From a virus: DNA of 64,000 nt. This document shows, piece after piece, positions 8,199 to 16,694 of this stretch. Each line of letters starts with the position of its first letter. The first letter of the stretch is position 1. Under the pieces are notes generated by a model. The model searched no databases and was not told the DNA's origin. It saw only the letters and a list, made by a program, of their open reading frames with translations. The stretch lies in the IMG/VR virus record IMGVR_UViG_3300045988_171124; one strand, written 5' to 3'. A program made the translations under genes and the position numbers.

Positions 8199-8561
8199 TT
8201 GTTTGAGGTTATTTTTTACAAGGATAAGAAAGGCAAAGAGCCGGTAAGAGACTATTTTATCTCATTGTTTGAGAATGATAGTAAAGACAACAGAATAAAA
8301 CGTGAGAAAATCGAAGACTGCATGAACGTTCTAAAGAAAAACGGTGCAAGAGCAGGGCTTCCATATGTAAAACATCTTGAAGGGGAAATATGGGAATTAA
8401 GACCATTAAGTGATAGGATCTTATTTTTTACATATGTTAATAATACAATAGTATTGTTATCCCACTTCCAAAAGAAAACACAAAAAACTCCCAAAAGGGA
8501 AATTAAAAAGGCTGAAAAGCTAATGAATGATTATATAGAAAGGAGTAAGGACAATGAGTAA
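8199..8561 (+). CDS. RelE/ParE-superfamily toxin (phage Gp49/HigB-like)
   Basis: 120 aa, TTG start after AAAGGAGA. FYKDKKGKEPVRDYF...GEIWELRPLSDRILFFTYVNNTIVLLSHFQKKTQKTPKREIKKA is the typical Gp49/DUF891 pattern. Overlaps the next gene by 8 nt. Confidence 0.8.
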   Translation: MFEVIFYKDKKGKEPVRDYFISLFENDSKDNRIKREKIEDCMNVLKKNGARAGLPYVKHLEGEIWELRPLSDRILFFTYVNNTIVLLSHFQKKTQKTPKREIKKAEKLMNDYIERSKDNE

Positions 8562-8853
8562 AATGAAGATAAGTCCCAGGGGTTCATCCTGGGACGACTT
8601 TGAAAGACAAATGTATACACCAGAAGAGATTGAAGCAAGTAAAGTTCGGTCTGAAATCATTACGGAAATGATTAAAGCAAGAGAAGAGGGTGGTGTTACT
8701 CAAAAGCAACTTGAAATTATGAGTGGTATTAAACAGCCTGTTATTTCTCGAATGGAGAAGGGAACTACAGATCCTCAATTATCTACAGTATTAAAAGTGC
8801 TTAACTCTTTGGGAAAAACTTTAGAAGTTGTGTCAATGAAACCTGTAAAATAA
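8554..8853 (+). CDS. XRE-family HTH antitoxin-like protein
   Basis: 99 aa. VTQKQLEIMSGIKQPVISRMEKGTTDPQLSTVLKVLNSLGKTLEV is a Cro/C1-type HTH. Positioned as the antitoxin partner of 8199. Confidence 0.75.
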   Translation: MSKMKISPRGSSWDDFERQMYTPEEIEASKVRSEIITEMIKAREEGGVTQKQLEIMSGIKQPVISRMEKGTTDPQLSTVLKVLNSLGKTLEVVSMKPVK

Positions 8854-8894
8854 TAATAAATTAAATAACCTCAATTAATAAACGGAGATAGATT

Positions 8895-9317
8895 ATGCCA
8901 TTTGTAAAAGTTGATGTTGAAAAGCAAATTGAAGAAAAAAGGCAAAATGATCCTAAATTTAGAAAGGCGTGGGACAGAAGGCAAATTAAAGAAAATATGA
9001 GTCCAGAGGGTTCTTCTTTTGACGATTTCTTAAAGGAAATGTATCAAGATCCTAAGTTTAGAGATTCATGGTATGATTTGACTGCTGACAAAGATATTGC
9101 AAGTGCAATTATTAATGAGCGAAATGAAAAAGATTTATCTTTAAAACAGTTCGCTAAGAAAGTAGGAATATCTAAAAAGAAACTGGTTAAAATTTGTGAA
9201 ATGGGTAATAATCCGTCACTTAATCAACTAAAGAAAATTGCCAAGGGAATGGATAAAGTGCTTAAAATTGAATTTGTTTCAAAAGACGAGATCGACAAGA
9301 AAGTAATGGAAAGGTAA
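8895..9317 (+). CDS. second XRE-family HTH protein, paralog-like of 8554
   Basis: 140 aa. Shares SP(E/R)GSS(F/W)DDF...MY and the C-terminal HTH (LSLKQFAKKVGISKKKLVKICEMGNNPSLNQLKKIAKGMDKVLKIEF) with the preceding gene. Confidence 0.7.
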   Translation: MPFVKVDVEKQIEEKRQNDPKFRKAWDRRQIKENMSPEGSSFDDFLKEMYQDPKFRDSWYDLTADKDIASAIINERNEKDLSLKQFAKKVGISKKKLVKICEMGNNPSLNQLKKIAKGMDKVLKIEFVSKDEIDKKVMER

Positions 9318-9332
9318 TAAAAGTAACATAAG

Positions 9333-9361
9333 AGAGTCTATCATTAGATAGGCTCTTTTTT
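9333..9361 (+). terminator. rho-independent terminator
   Basis: AGAGTCTATC / GATAGGCTCT stem (one G-U), ATTA loop, TTTTT. Confidence 0.7.
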
Positions 9362-9469
9362 AATGCACAAAAATAATTCTCATTTTTTTAGAAGGGAGAT
9401 TGTGTTTATTATGTCAGCTCCAAAAACAACCACAAAATAAAATTACATTCTAAGAAGGGAGATCATAAA

Positions 9470-9973
9470 ATGAAAAAACTTCTCGTAGCTGCAACATTCG
9501 CAGCATTAACAATTACCACACCATCAACAATTTCAGCAAAGGCAAACGTCCGGTATAGTACTGGAATTGTGACCGGTGCAAAATCTATTACAACTACAGA
9601 CGGTAATGTCTGGTGTACAAAACGAAAACTCCATTTACACAAGGGAGCCAGTGTCCAGGTTAAATTTGACACTAAGGGAACTAAGCGGAAAAAGGATGAT
9701 GCAATCCTTAAAGTTTCCAGGGTACCAAAGGCAAAACAAGCGAAACCGGAGATTAGTATTCCGGTATCTGATATTGCTCTGGTGTATACGGATTCCCTGG
9801 GCTACACCACATTACAGCTGAAAGATTACGGCTGTGTTGGAGATGATCCAAACAACATTAGTTATACAGAAATTAAACAAATGGTCAACTCTTATTACGT
9901 CTCTGTAAGGGAAGCTACAGATTCCGTGACGGTAACAGAGCCAAACGGAAATATCTGGACAGTAAGAAAGTGA
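9470..9973 (+). CDS. secreted hypothetical protein
   Basis: 167 aa. N-terminal signal peptide MKKLLVAATFAALTITTPSTISAKA; AAGGGAGA SD. Confidence 0.7.
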   Translation: MKKLLVAATFAALTITTPSTISAKANVRYSTGIVTGAKSITTTDGNVWCTKRKLHLHKGASVQVKFDTKGTKRKKDDAILKVSRVPKAKQAKPEISIPVSDIALVYTDSLGYTTLQLKDYGCVGDDPNNISYTEIKQMVNSYYVSVREATDSVTVTEPNGNIWTVRK

Positions 9974-9983
9974 GGTATTTACA

Positions 9984-10142
9984 ATGTCAGAATCAGTTAA
10001 AAACTATAAAAAAGAGGCAATTATTATTGCAAGGGATTTTCATTACTCAACTAGTATCCTTGCACGTCTCAACAACGCAACAACAGAAAGTGAGATCTGC
10101 CGACTGATGATCGAAGGCAGACACACAAAAAGATACTACTAA
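9984..10142 (+). CDS. small hypothetical protein (52 aa)
   Basis: Not in track. ATG 9984 lies 10 nt after the previous stop (GTGAGGT upstream). MSESVKNYKKEAIIIARDF... A terminator follows. Confidence 0.5.
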   Translation: MSESVKNYKKEAIIIARDFHYSTSILARLNNATTESEICRLMIEGRHTKRYY

Positions 10143-10174
10143 ATAACACCTATATAATAAGGAAGCTTTTCGTT

Positions 10175-10202
10175 CCATCTACGGTTCGTAGGTGGATTTT
10201 TT
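10175..10202 (+). terminator. rho-independent terminator
   Basis: CCATCTACG / CGTAGGTGG stem (one G-U), 3-nt loop, then ATTTTTT. Confidence 0.7.
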
Positions 10203-10274
10203 AATATAAAAAGTTTCCGATTTTGGAAGAGAAACATAGATAAATAAAAATCAAACTACAGGAGGAATTTAAAA

Positions 10275-10514
10275 ATGATGGATTACACAGAAACTTATAC
10301 AGATCCAAACATTAAACTTGATAACGGAGACCCAGTGTTACTTTGGATTAGGTACCAGGGTAGCAATAAAGGAAATTGTACTATCACCATTAAGGGAGCT
10401 TATAATCCGCTTCCACTTAATAAGATGGTAGCACCTTATTTTCAAGCTACTCGATTAAAGAAATGGCTCACGGATAGTGGATTTAAGTACCTTGGTTATT
10501 CAAGAGAAATTTAA
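10275..10514 (+). CDS. hypothetical protein
   Basis: Track ORF; CAGGAGGA SD; no motif recognised. Confidence 0.65.
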   Translation: MMDYTETYTDPNIKLDNGDPVLLWIRYQGSNKGNCTITIKGAYNPLPLNKMVAPYFQATRLKKWLTDSGFKYLGYSREI

Positions 10515-10656
10515 TTCAACTAAAACTAGACAATGCAGAGAACAGAGCCGACTGAACGGTTGAACCTCTTAGTCGAAGGTACGTTTTTCTCGCAAGGCAA
10601 ATCAAGTTGTCTGCATTGATGTGGTTATTTAAAAAACACAAGGAGGTGTAAGGCAA

Positions 10657-10896
10657 ATGGTTAGAACATATGCACTAGCTGAGCGACAATACGACAAACT
10701 TAAAGCTGTTGTAATTTATGATCGATGCGAGGATGGTTTTCCACTAGCCATAATGATGTTTGAATTTGCAGATGAAACTTATCCATACAAGTATCCTTCA
10801 CCATTTGGCAATATTAAAAATATCTCATGTGATACTGCAAGAAATGAGAAGGAAATGAAAGAGAAAGGATGGGTGAAACTTACAAATGAAACGTAA
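10657..10896 (+). CDS. hypothetical protein
   Basis: Track ORF; AAGGAGGTGTAAGGCAAATG start context, a context reused at 11085, 12121 and 14708. Confidence 0.65.
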   Translation: MVRTYALAERQYDKLKAVVIYDRCEDGFPLAIMMFEFADETYPYKYPSPFGNIKNISCDTARNEKEMKEKGWVKLTNET

Positions 10897-11068
10897 ATAT
10901 TATAACTGTGAGCTTCAGGAAGTAGATGCTCAGAAGTTCAAGGCAAAACTGAAAGAAGAAAATATTACATATGAATCCTCATCCGCAGGATTCGGATATA
11001 CACATTTCGAAATTCTGTGTAATGACGCAGAAGTAGAAACTATTGATAAGTTTTTAATGGAACTGTAA
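10886..11068 (+). CDS. hypothetical protein
   Basis: Track ORF overlapping the previous stop by 11 nt; co-directional train. Confidence 0.55.
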   Translation: MKRKYYNCELQEVDAQKFKAKLKEENITYESSSAGFGYTHFEILCNDAEVETIDKFLMEL

Positions 11069-11084
11069 TGGAGGTGCAAGGTAA

Positions 11085-11270
11085 ATGGTAGAGGTATTAG
11101 CAACAATCAATACTACTGAAAAATCAGTAGGAAGAGTATGCAACTATTTGACAAACAGAAGAGTGAAACACAGAGTAGTTTCATCTGGTGACAATATGCA
11201 GATCAAACTACTCACCACTCGAAGCGAAATATCAGCAATAAATAGATTCTTAGAAAAAGAGGTGAATTGA
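11085..11270 (+). CDS. hypothetical protein
   Basis: Track ORF; GGAGGTGCAAGGTAAATG context. Confidence 0.6.
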   Translation: MVEVLATINTTEKSVGRVCNYLTNRRVKHRVVSSGDNMQIKLLTTRSEISAINRFLEKEVN

Positions 11271-11271
11271 A

Positions 11272-11661
11272 ATGGGAGTAGCAGAGGCAATTAACTATGA
11301 TTATGATGTTATTGATACACCAACTGAAACATCGACAACAGATAAAATTGTTCGGTGTTTCACAGATAGCGAGCTTAATGATGAGCTTGCTAATCTGTTA
11401 AAGGACAGTCTTACAGGAGTACGCAAGGCAAACCTGGAATCTCACGGTTTAGAAATCCGTAAAAGAAACCGCGAATTAATCATCAGAGAGAAGAAGAAAC
11501 AGAAACTTCTTTCCATGGTTGAATTATTTATGATGATCTTTATGTTATTACTGATTCCGGTTTTAGGGACCGTAATTGTAAGAGAAGCTGTGTATTTATG
11601 GTTGTACATTATCACAGGACCAGTCGCAGCTTACTTGATAAACCAGTTAAGAAGAATGTAG
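11272..11661 (+). CDS. hypothetical protein with C-terminal transmembrane segments
   Basis: Track ORF; GAGGTGA SD. C-terminal hydrophobic stretch LLSMVELFMMIFMLLLIPVLGTVIV...WLYIITGPVAAYLI. Confidence 0.65.
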   Translation: MGVAEAINYDYDVIDTPTETSTTDKIVRCFTDSELNDELANLLKDSLTGVRKANLESHGLEIRKRNRELIIREKKKQKLLSMVELFMMIFMLLLIPVLGTVIVREAVYLWLYIITGPVAAYLINQLRRM

Positions 11662-11673
11662 GAGGATACAGAA

Positions 11674-11917
11674 ATGGTAAAAAGATTTTACAAAGGGAAA
11701 CCATATTCTTTAATGCTTACAAAGCAGGATGAAAACGGTGTTCCGTATACATGGACAGTAAACGTTACTTTCAAGGAACGTGTAAAGGGGAGATCTTCTT
11801 TTTAAAGCATTCGAATTTTCCTACTTGGTTCATCCAGACAATTCTGTATATTATACAAATGGCTATTCTAACAATCGTTGCCACTGTGCAAATATTGTAC
11901 AGGGATGGCAGTTCTAA
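11674..11917 (+). pseudogene. hypothetical gene split by a +1 frameshift in a T5 run
   Basis: ATG 11674 after GTAGGAGGA SD reads 43 codons to TAA 11803-11805. The +1 frame from 11801 continues FKAFEFSYLVHPDNSVYYTNGYSNNRCHCANIVQGWQF to TAA 11915-11917, directly before the next SD. The junction is TTTTT at 11799-11803. Confidence 0.5.
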
Positions 11918-11932
11918 AGGGAGGTATAATTT

Positions 11933-12115
11933 ATGTATAAAAGAAAAACAGTTGATTGCTATGCCATAGAAAGTAACTGCGGATATGGCTGGGGCATTGA
12001 ATGTAACTGTGAAGACTTGAAAGATGCAAAGATACAGTTAAAAACATATAGAGAAAACGTCAATTATCCAGTACGAATTAAAAAATGGCGTGAGAAAATC
12101 CAGGAGGAGGCATAA
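11933..12115 (+). CDS. hypothetical protein
   Basis: Track ORF; AGGGAGG SD. Confidence 0.6.
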   Translation: MYKRKTVDCYAIESNCGYGWGIECNCEDLKDAKIQLKTYRENVNYPVRIKKWREKIQEEA

Positions 12116-12120
12116 GGCAA

Positions 12121-12288
12121 ATGGAACTGAAAAAGTATATTACCTACGAGGAACCATTGGAAGGAAAAAGTTTTACAATCAACCAGCTTCATGAGGTTTA
12201 CCGTGATCTGGTTAATAAAGAAGAATATCAAGATTTTGATTGTTGGTTTACCGATATGTTGAAATCGGGAGTATTTAAGGAGGTATAA
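12121..12288 (+). CDS. small hypothetical protein (55 aa)
   Basis: Not in track. ATG 12121 after GGAGGAGGCATAAGGCAA. MELKKYITYEEPLEGKSFTINQLHEVYRDLV...; ends 2 nt before the next start. Confidence 0.55.
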   Translation: MELKKYITYEEPLEGKSFTINQLHEVYRDLVNKEEYQDFDCWFTDMLKSGVFKEV

Positions 12289-12290
12289 CA

Positions 12291-12542
12291 ATGGGAAAGA
12301 AAACAACTAAATCATGGGATAAGAGACAGGAGCGCAAACTCCGGTCTTATCTAAGGGCAAACGGATATTTATATGTATGCTCAAAAGGAGGTCACGATAA
12401 ATACCGTTCACAGATTACCGGTAATAATATTGAGGTAAATAATCACATTAATAAGATGGTCTGGCAACGGCTCATTAAAGAAGTCGCAGATGACCTAAAG
12501 TTAAAAGGCTACAATTACGTTCCTTATGAGCGTGTTCGGTAG
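12291..12542 (+). CDS. HicA-like protein (putative mRNA interferase fold)
   Basis: 83 aa. KLRSYLRANGYLYVCSKGGHDKYRSQITGNNIEVNNHINKMVWQRLIKEV resembles the HicA pattern (G-f-x-v-x-x-k-G-s-H). No adjacent HicB. Confidence 0.45.
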   Translation: MGKKTTKSWDKRQERKLRSYLRANGYLYVCSKGGHDKYRSQITGNNIEVNNHINKMVWQRLIKEVADDLKLKGYNYVPYERVR

Positions 12543-12634
12543 TCTTTTTTTTTATTGGGAAAATTTTGAAAATTGAATAATGGATGCCATAAGGCAAATT
12601 GAAAATACATTGATGAATAAAGGAGAATAAGATT

Positions 12635-13699
12635 ATGACAACAGTTAATATGAAAGATTATGTAAATGGAAACGTAAATGAAAATAAGGCAGTACAGGAA
12701 GTTATTGGAAAGATTAGTAAGGCAGAAACTAAAGTTAGTGCAAATGTTATAAATACAGTTGTTCCGATTCTTGGAAACAAAGAAAGAACATTAGAACAAA
12801 GAGCTGAGGATATTGGAGAGCTTAAGGGAATTCTTGCATCTTCTATTGCATCAGGTTTATCAAAAGTTATACTTAAAATTCCTGTAAGATTACTTGCAAT
12901 GGATACAGCATATCAGATTCCAGAACGAACAGAAAGAAGTTTGGGAAAACTGTTAAAAGAATGGGACTATGATTCATGTGATCCATTACTTGGTGTACCA
13001 CATTTTGAAGATGGATACATAGCAGTTGTTGATGGAACTGGTAGAGTTCGTGCATCTAATGTTATTGATAGTGACAAATACGAAAAACTTGATGTTACTG
13101 TCCTTTTAAAAGCTCCAAGTGACCCAAAGGAAAGACAGAAATTTGAAGCTAAAAAATACGAATATCAGAATTCTGGAACAGAGCCATTAAAAGATTATCA
13201 GAAGCATGGTGCAAGATTAATTAGAGAAGATCGCCCTACTATGTTGCTTGAAGAATTAAAGCACCAGTATGATTTTGACTGGGTTTTAAAGAAAGGTCAA
13301 AGAGAGGGTGGAATTCTTGGTTCATATCCTTACACAAGAGAATTGTGCGAGAAATATGGAAGAAGCTGTATGGAATATATTCTTGATATTTGTAAAAAGT
13401 CAGGCTTTAACCGTCTTTCAAATGGATATTCAAGATGTGTATTTAAAGCGTTAAGGGATATGTGGAGATATTATGCAAGTGATAGAAATAAGACTGAGCA
13501 GTTTTTATCAGAATATTTACACGGAAAAACACCTGCACTCATTAAAGCAAGATCAAAGGTTGCATATGAATATCTTGACGCTGATGCAGCATTTAGTTTT
13601 TACATAGAAGATGCAATTGTTGAAAATCTGCATTTACAGCAGACTAGAAAACTTTCAGATGATGAACAGAAACTTGAAGTTATTCGCAAATTTGCATAA
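12635..13699 (+). CDS. ParB/Srx N-terminal-domain protein
   Basis: 354 aa. LLAMDTAYQIPERTERSLGKLLKEW...YIAVVDGTGRVRAS matches the ParB-like nuclease/NTPase fold signature (DGxxR). Confidence 0.55.
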   Translation: MTTVNMKDYVNGNVNENKAVQEVIGKISKAETKVSANVINTVVPILGNKERTLEQRAEDIGELKGILASSIASGLSKVILKIPVRLLAMDTAYQIPERTERSLGKLLKEWDYDSCDPLLGVPHFEDGYIAVVDGTGRVRASNVIDSDKYEKLDVTVLLKAPSDPKERQKFEAKKYEYQNSGTEPLKDYQKHGARLIREDRPTMLLEELKHQYDFDWVLKKGQREGGILGSYPYTRELCEKYGRSCMEYILDICKKSGFNRLSNGYSRCVFKALRDMWRYYASDRNKTEQFLSEYLHGKTPALIKARSKVAYEYLDADAAFSFYIEDAIVENLHLQQTRKLSDDEQKLEVIRKFA

Positions 13700-13791
13700 C
13701 AAACTTTACATAAACTAAGAAGTAGAGGGTAGCAAGCGAAATTAAAACTTGTTGCCCTCAAATTATATAAGCAAGAAGGTAGATAAAAATT

Positions 13792-14070
13792 ATGGCATCA
13801 ACAATTGAAGCAACATCAAAAGTTTATAAAAATGTTCGGTCTTACTTTTCAGCTGGACATGGAGTTGAAAATTATAATCTTGTATCAGTTCGACAAAAAT
13901 TAACCGAAACTTATCTTTATAGGGTAATGGCACAGCACAAGACAACTGGGAAGTATGCAGTGTGGACATGTTGGAATGAAAGCACGCAGTCGTTGAACTT
14001 TGGTCATTACAATTTAAATTTAGAGGATGCTATGGACATTTTATATTGCAAAGGAGAGTGGGATTTTTGA
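13792..14070 (+). CDS. hypothetical protein
   Basis: Track ORF; GAAGGTAG upstream. Preceded by a 12-bp hairpin (13735-13746 / 13758-13769) without a U-tract. Confidence 0.6.
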   Translation: MASTIEATSKVYKNVRSYFSAGHGVENYNLVSVRQKLTETYLYRVMAQHKTTGKYAVWTCWNESTQSLNFGHYNLNLEDAMDILYCKGEWDF

Positions 14071-14198
14071 AATATGTATATTTTATATTCTTTGTTCTCT
14101 TTATAGGTATCACCCTTGGAATTGTAGACATTGATGTAAAGCTTTCAGATGGAAGTCATTTTCATTATGATAGTTGGATTCACTTATTTATGAGATAA
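14067..14198 (+). CDS. possible small membrane peptide (43 aa)
   Basis: Not in track. TTG 14067 overlaps the previous TGA (TTGA). KYVYFIFFVLFIGITLGIVDIDVK... is hydrophobic. It fills an otherwise empty 129-nt gap. Weak call. Confidence 0.3.
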   Translation: MKYVYFIFFVLFIGITLGIVDIDVKLSDGSHFHYDSWIHLFMR

Positions 14199-14226
14199 AA
14201 TGAAACTTTTAAGGGAGGAAAGTAAA

Positions 14227-14568
14227 ATGAAGAAATATGAACTTACAACAGAAACTAAAATTAATGCTTTTGGTAAAAAACTTTTTAGAATTAAGGCACT
14301 TGTTTCTTTTGGACCTGTATCTGCTGGAGAAAAAGGTGGATGGGTGGAAAAAGAAGAAAATCTAAGTCAGTCTGGTAACGCATGGGTATTTGGTAACGCA
14401 GAGGTATATGATAATGCATGTGTACGTGATAATGCATGTGTACGTGGCAACGCATGTGTACGTGGTAACGCATGTGTACGTGGCAACTCAGAGATATCTG
14501 GCAATATAGAGATGTCTGGTGACGCAGAGATATCTGGTAATGCATGGGTATCTGGCAAGCTGCATTAA
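14227..14568 (+). CDS. hexapeptide-repeat (left-handed beta-helix-like) protein
   Basis: Track ORF trimmed to ATG 14227 after AAGGGAGGA. C-terminal half is 10 tandem six-residue units (GNAWVF GNAEVY DNACVR DNACVR GNACVR GNACVR GNSEIS GNIEMS GDAEIS GNAWVS). Confidence 0.7.
   Translation: MKKYELTTETKINAFGKKLFRIKALVSFGPVSAGEKGGWVEKEENLSQSGNAWVFGNAEVYDNACVRDNACVRGNACVRGNACVRGNSEISGNIEMSGDAEISGNAWVSGKLH
14374..14553 (+). repeat. 10 tandem 18-bp coding repeats
   Basis: Units of 18 nt from 14374. Units 3 and 4 are identical (GATAATGCATGTGTACGT). They generate the spurious reverse ORFs at 14291..14545 and 14367..14558. Confidence 0.9.
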
Positions 14569-14707
14569 AAAGAGATTTAACCGCAGAAGAAAAAACACGA
14601 TATATTAAAGAAACTGCCCACGAATGTATGATGTTAATGATTGGGTTAAGTTGCTCATTGGATGAAGCATATAATACGCTGATGAATTAAAAACGGAGGT
14701 AAGGTAA

Positions 14708-14833
14708 ATGAAATGTGATGAATGTACATGCACTTATGAATCATGTTCTTGTAAATTGCCAGGTTCAAAATGTGCTTACGAAACTGATGACGAAAAAGAC
14801 GATGGAGTAAGAAAAATAAACCAAGATGATTAG
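14708..14833 (+). CDS. small Cys-rich protein (41 aa)
   Basis: Not in track. ATG 14708 after ACGGAGGTAAGG. MKCDECTCTYESCSCKLPGSKCAYETDDEKDD... Confidence 0.5.
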   Translation: MKCDECTCTYESCSCKLPGSKCAYETDDEKDDGVRKINQDD

Positions 14834-14886
14834 AGAACATGGGAAACAGAAAGAAAAAGAAGTAAGAGAAACGGAGGACAAATAAT

Positions 14887-15120
14887 ATGAGCATTACAAA
14901 ATTGATCGAGTTACTTCCAGATAGCGTCAAGTGTGACACTGTAGATTTTAAAGATGTTCGGTTGATGGATGGTCGTAGCGCCATCCGTGTTACTATTGAC
15001 AGACTTCTTACCCAGGAAGAGAAAGATAAAATGACCAGTAAGAGATTTGTTGGTCTTGACTGCGTAGGTTTTTACAAATATGCACCGGAAATCAAAAAAT
15101 CATATTTCTATGTGGTTTAG
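14887..15120 (+). CDS. hypothetical protein
   Basis: Track ORF; ACGGAGGA SD. Confidence 0.65.
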   Translation: MSITKLIELLPDSVKCDTVDFKDVRLMDGRSAIRVTIDRLLTQEEKDKMTSKRFVGLDCVGFYKYAPEIKKSYFYVV

Positions 15121-15135
15121 TGAGGTAAGGGGAAA

Positions 15136-15378
15136 ATGAGAGAATTTAATGTAGATATTGAAATGTTTAAAAAGAAATTTGATGAAGAATATGATTTTTT
15201 GTATAAAAATCGAGATCAAGTTGCAGGTTTTAATGAAGCAGTAGAAGCCGGAGACAAATTCTTAAATGATCATGGAGATTTTGTTGGAAAATTTGCAAAT
15301 TATAGAGGCGATTTTATTACAAGTGATAGAGAGGTTGCAGCATTTATGTTTGCACTTGATAGTTTGACGGAGGGGTAA
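15136..15378 (+). CDS. hypothetical protein
   Basis: Track ORF; GAGGTAAGGGG SD. Confidence 0.65.
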   Translation: MREFNVDIEMFKKKFDEEYDFLYKNRDQVAGFNEAVEAGDKFLNDHGDFVGKFANYRGDFITSDREVAAFMFALDSLTEG

Positions 15379-15383
15379 TGGAA

Positions 15384-16103
15384 ATGAAAGAAAACCAGAT
15401 CTGTTATTTCATAGAAAATGATATGGTTATTTTTGGTGCATACAGCTATAAAAGCACATGTACACATGTTGTAAAAAGGCTCAGAACACCAGAAGTTCGG
15501 TTGATTAATGGAATTCCGTTTGATGAATTTGAATCAGAAATTGAGTTCAAAAAGTTACCTAAAGACTGGACCTATAACACAAGACTTTGGGAAGAATCTA
15601 TTGACCAATGGAAATATGAAAAATATGTTGCAGAATTTGGAACTGTCAATGTAAAAGATACAAAAAGAATACAGGAGTTGTTTGACAATGGTTTATTAGT
15701 GATTGCTCCAATAGTTGATAAATTTATTGAAGCAGAAATTGACCATGGTTTTTATAGAATAGTTAAAAAAGCGCATGGCTATCCACTTGGATATGGTGAG
15801 CACAATGATTATTATCCTGATGATGTGTTTGATACATACGAGGAATGTGAAAAACATTTAAAGATTCAAAGGGAAAACAGATATAAAAATCATATCTACT
15901 GTAGACTTTTAGATGTATATGAAAACATTGATTGGGCTTTAGAAAAATATGAAGCGGATCATGGTGGAAGAGAAATTGAATTTATAAAGCAAAAGCTTTT
16001 ATCCATTCCAAGGATTTGGGAATACATGTTTAGATACTATAAAGGTCAGATTCTTAAAGGAAAGCGTGAAGAGAAAAACGAAGAATGGGAAGTAATTGCA
16101 TGA
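15384..16103 (+). CDS. hypothetical protein
   Basis: Track ORF 15378..16103. The second ATG (15384) has better spacing to the ACGGAGGGG SD. Confidence 0.7.
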   Translation: MKENQICYFIENDMVIFGAYSYKSTCTHVVKRLRTPEVRLINGIPFDEFESEIEFKKLPKDWTYNTRLWEESIDQWKYEKYVAEFGTVNVKDTKRIQELFDNGLLVIAPIVDKFIEAEIDHGFYRIVKKAHGYPLGYGEHNDYYPDDVFDTYEECEKHLKIQRENRYKNHIYCRLLDVYENIDWALEKYEADHGGREIEFIKQKLLSIPRIWEYMFRYYKGQILKGKREEKNEEWEVIA

Positions 16104-16285
16104 GTAAAGAAGATCTAATTCAGTTGATGGATTTATTAACTGAATATAGTGAAACATATTGTGAACCAGATATTAAACAGTATGCAGATATTAAAGATAA
16201 GAGCGAATTTGCTGTGATGCTTATGGTATCAGAGCATAAAAGAGTAATCGAACAGATTAAGGAAATTATCTGCTTAAACTTTTAA
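16100..16285 (+). CDS. hypothetical protein
   Basis: Track ORF trimmed to the ATG overlapping the previous stop (ATGA at 16100-16103). Confidence 0.6.
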   Translation: MSKEDLIQLMDLLTEYSETYCEPDIKQYADIKDKSEFAVMLMVSEHKRVIEQIKEIICLNF

Positions 16286-16319
16286 ACAATAAAACGGAAA
16301 TTTTAAGGGAGAATTTTAC

Positions 16320-16499
16320 ATGCAATATATAGTACTCGAAAGAAAAGTTTACGAGCGTTACTCTGTTGTTGATGCAGATGATCCGGAAGAAGCAAAAGAA
16401 ATTTCTAGAAATAAATCATATGAGAATGATGAACCAGCCACTTATGTGGGAACCGAATATATTGCGTCAGAAATTTTAAGAGTAAGAAAGGAAAATTAA
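16320..16499 (+). CDS. small hypothetical protein (59 aa)
   Basis: Not in track. ATG 16320 after TAAGGGAGA. MQYIVLERKVYERYSVVDADDPEEAKEI... Confidence 0.55.
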   Translation: MQYIVLERKVYERYSVVDADDPEEAKEISRNKSYENDEPATYVGTEYIASEILRVRKEN

Positions 16500-16500
16500 A

Positions 16501-16668
16501 ATGAAAAAGTATAGTGTAACTTATCACGAAACATATGAAGAGAATTATGAAGTCGAAGCCAACTCGCCGGAAGAAGCAGAGGAAATTCTTCGAGAAAGAA
16601 TTAGAGAGGGCAAAGAAGATGGTCCAGAACAGTGCAGTGACAGTTGGTGTGATGTAACAGAACTATAA
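16501..16668 (+). CDS. small hypothetical protein (55 aa), similar in pattern to 16320
   Basis: Not in track. ATG 16501 lies 1 nt after the previous stop. MKKYSVTYHETYEENYEVEANSPEEAEEI... shares the Y-x-V...(D/S)PEEA(K/E)EI pattern. Confidence 0.55.
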   Translation: MKKYSVTYHETYEENYEVEANSPEEAEEILRERIREGKEDGPEQCSDSWCDVTEL

Positions 16669-16694
16669 AATCAACATTTATAGGGAGACACAAA

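Noticed and set aside
11751-11969. 72-aa + strand track ORF
   Set aside because: It has no SD and overlaps both the SD-led 11674 gene (and its frameshift continuation) and the SD-led 11933 gene in other frames.
14291-14558. Two reverse-strand ORFs with repetitive His/Met or Ala/Leu/Pro peptides
   Set aside because: They are generated by the 18-bp tandem repeat of the hexapeptide-repeat gene on the + strand.
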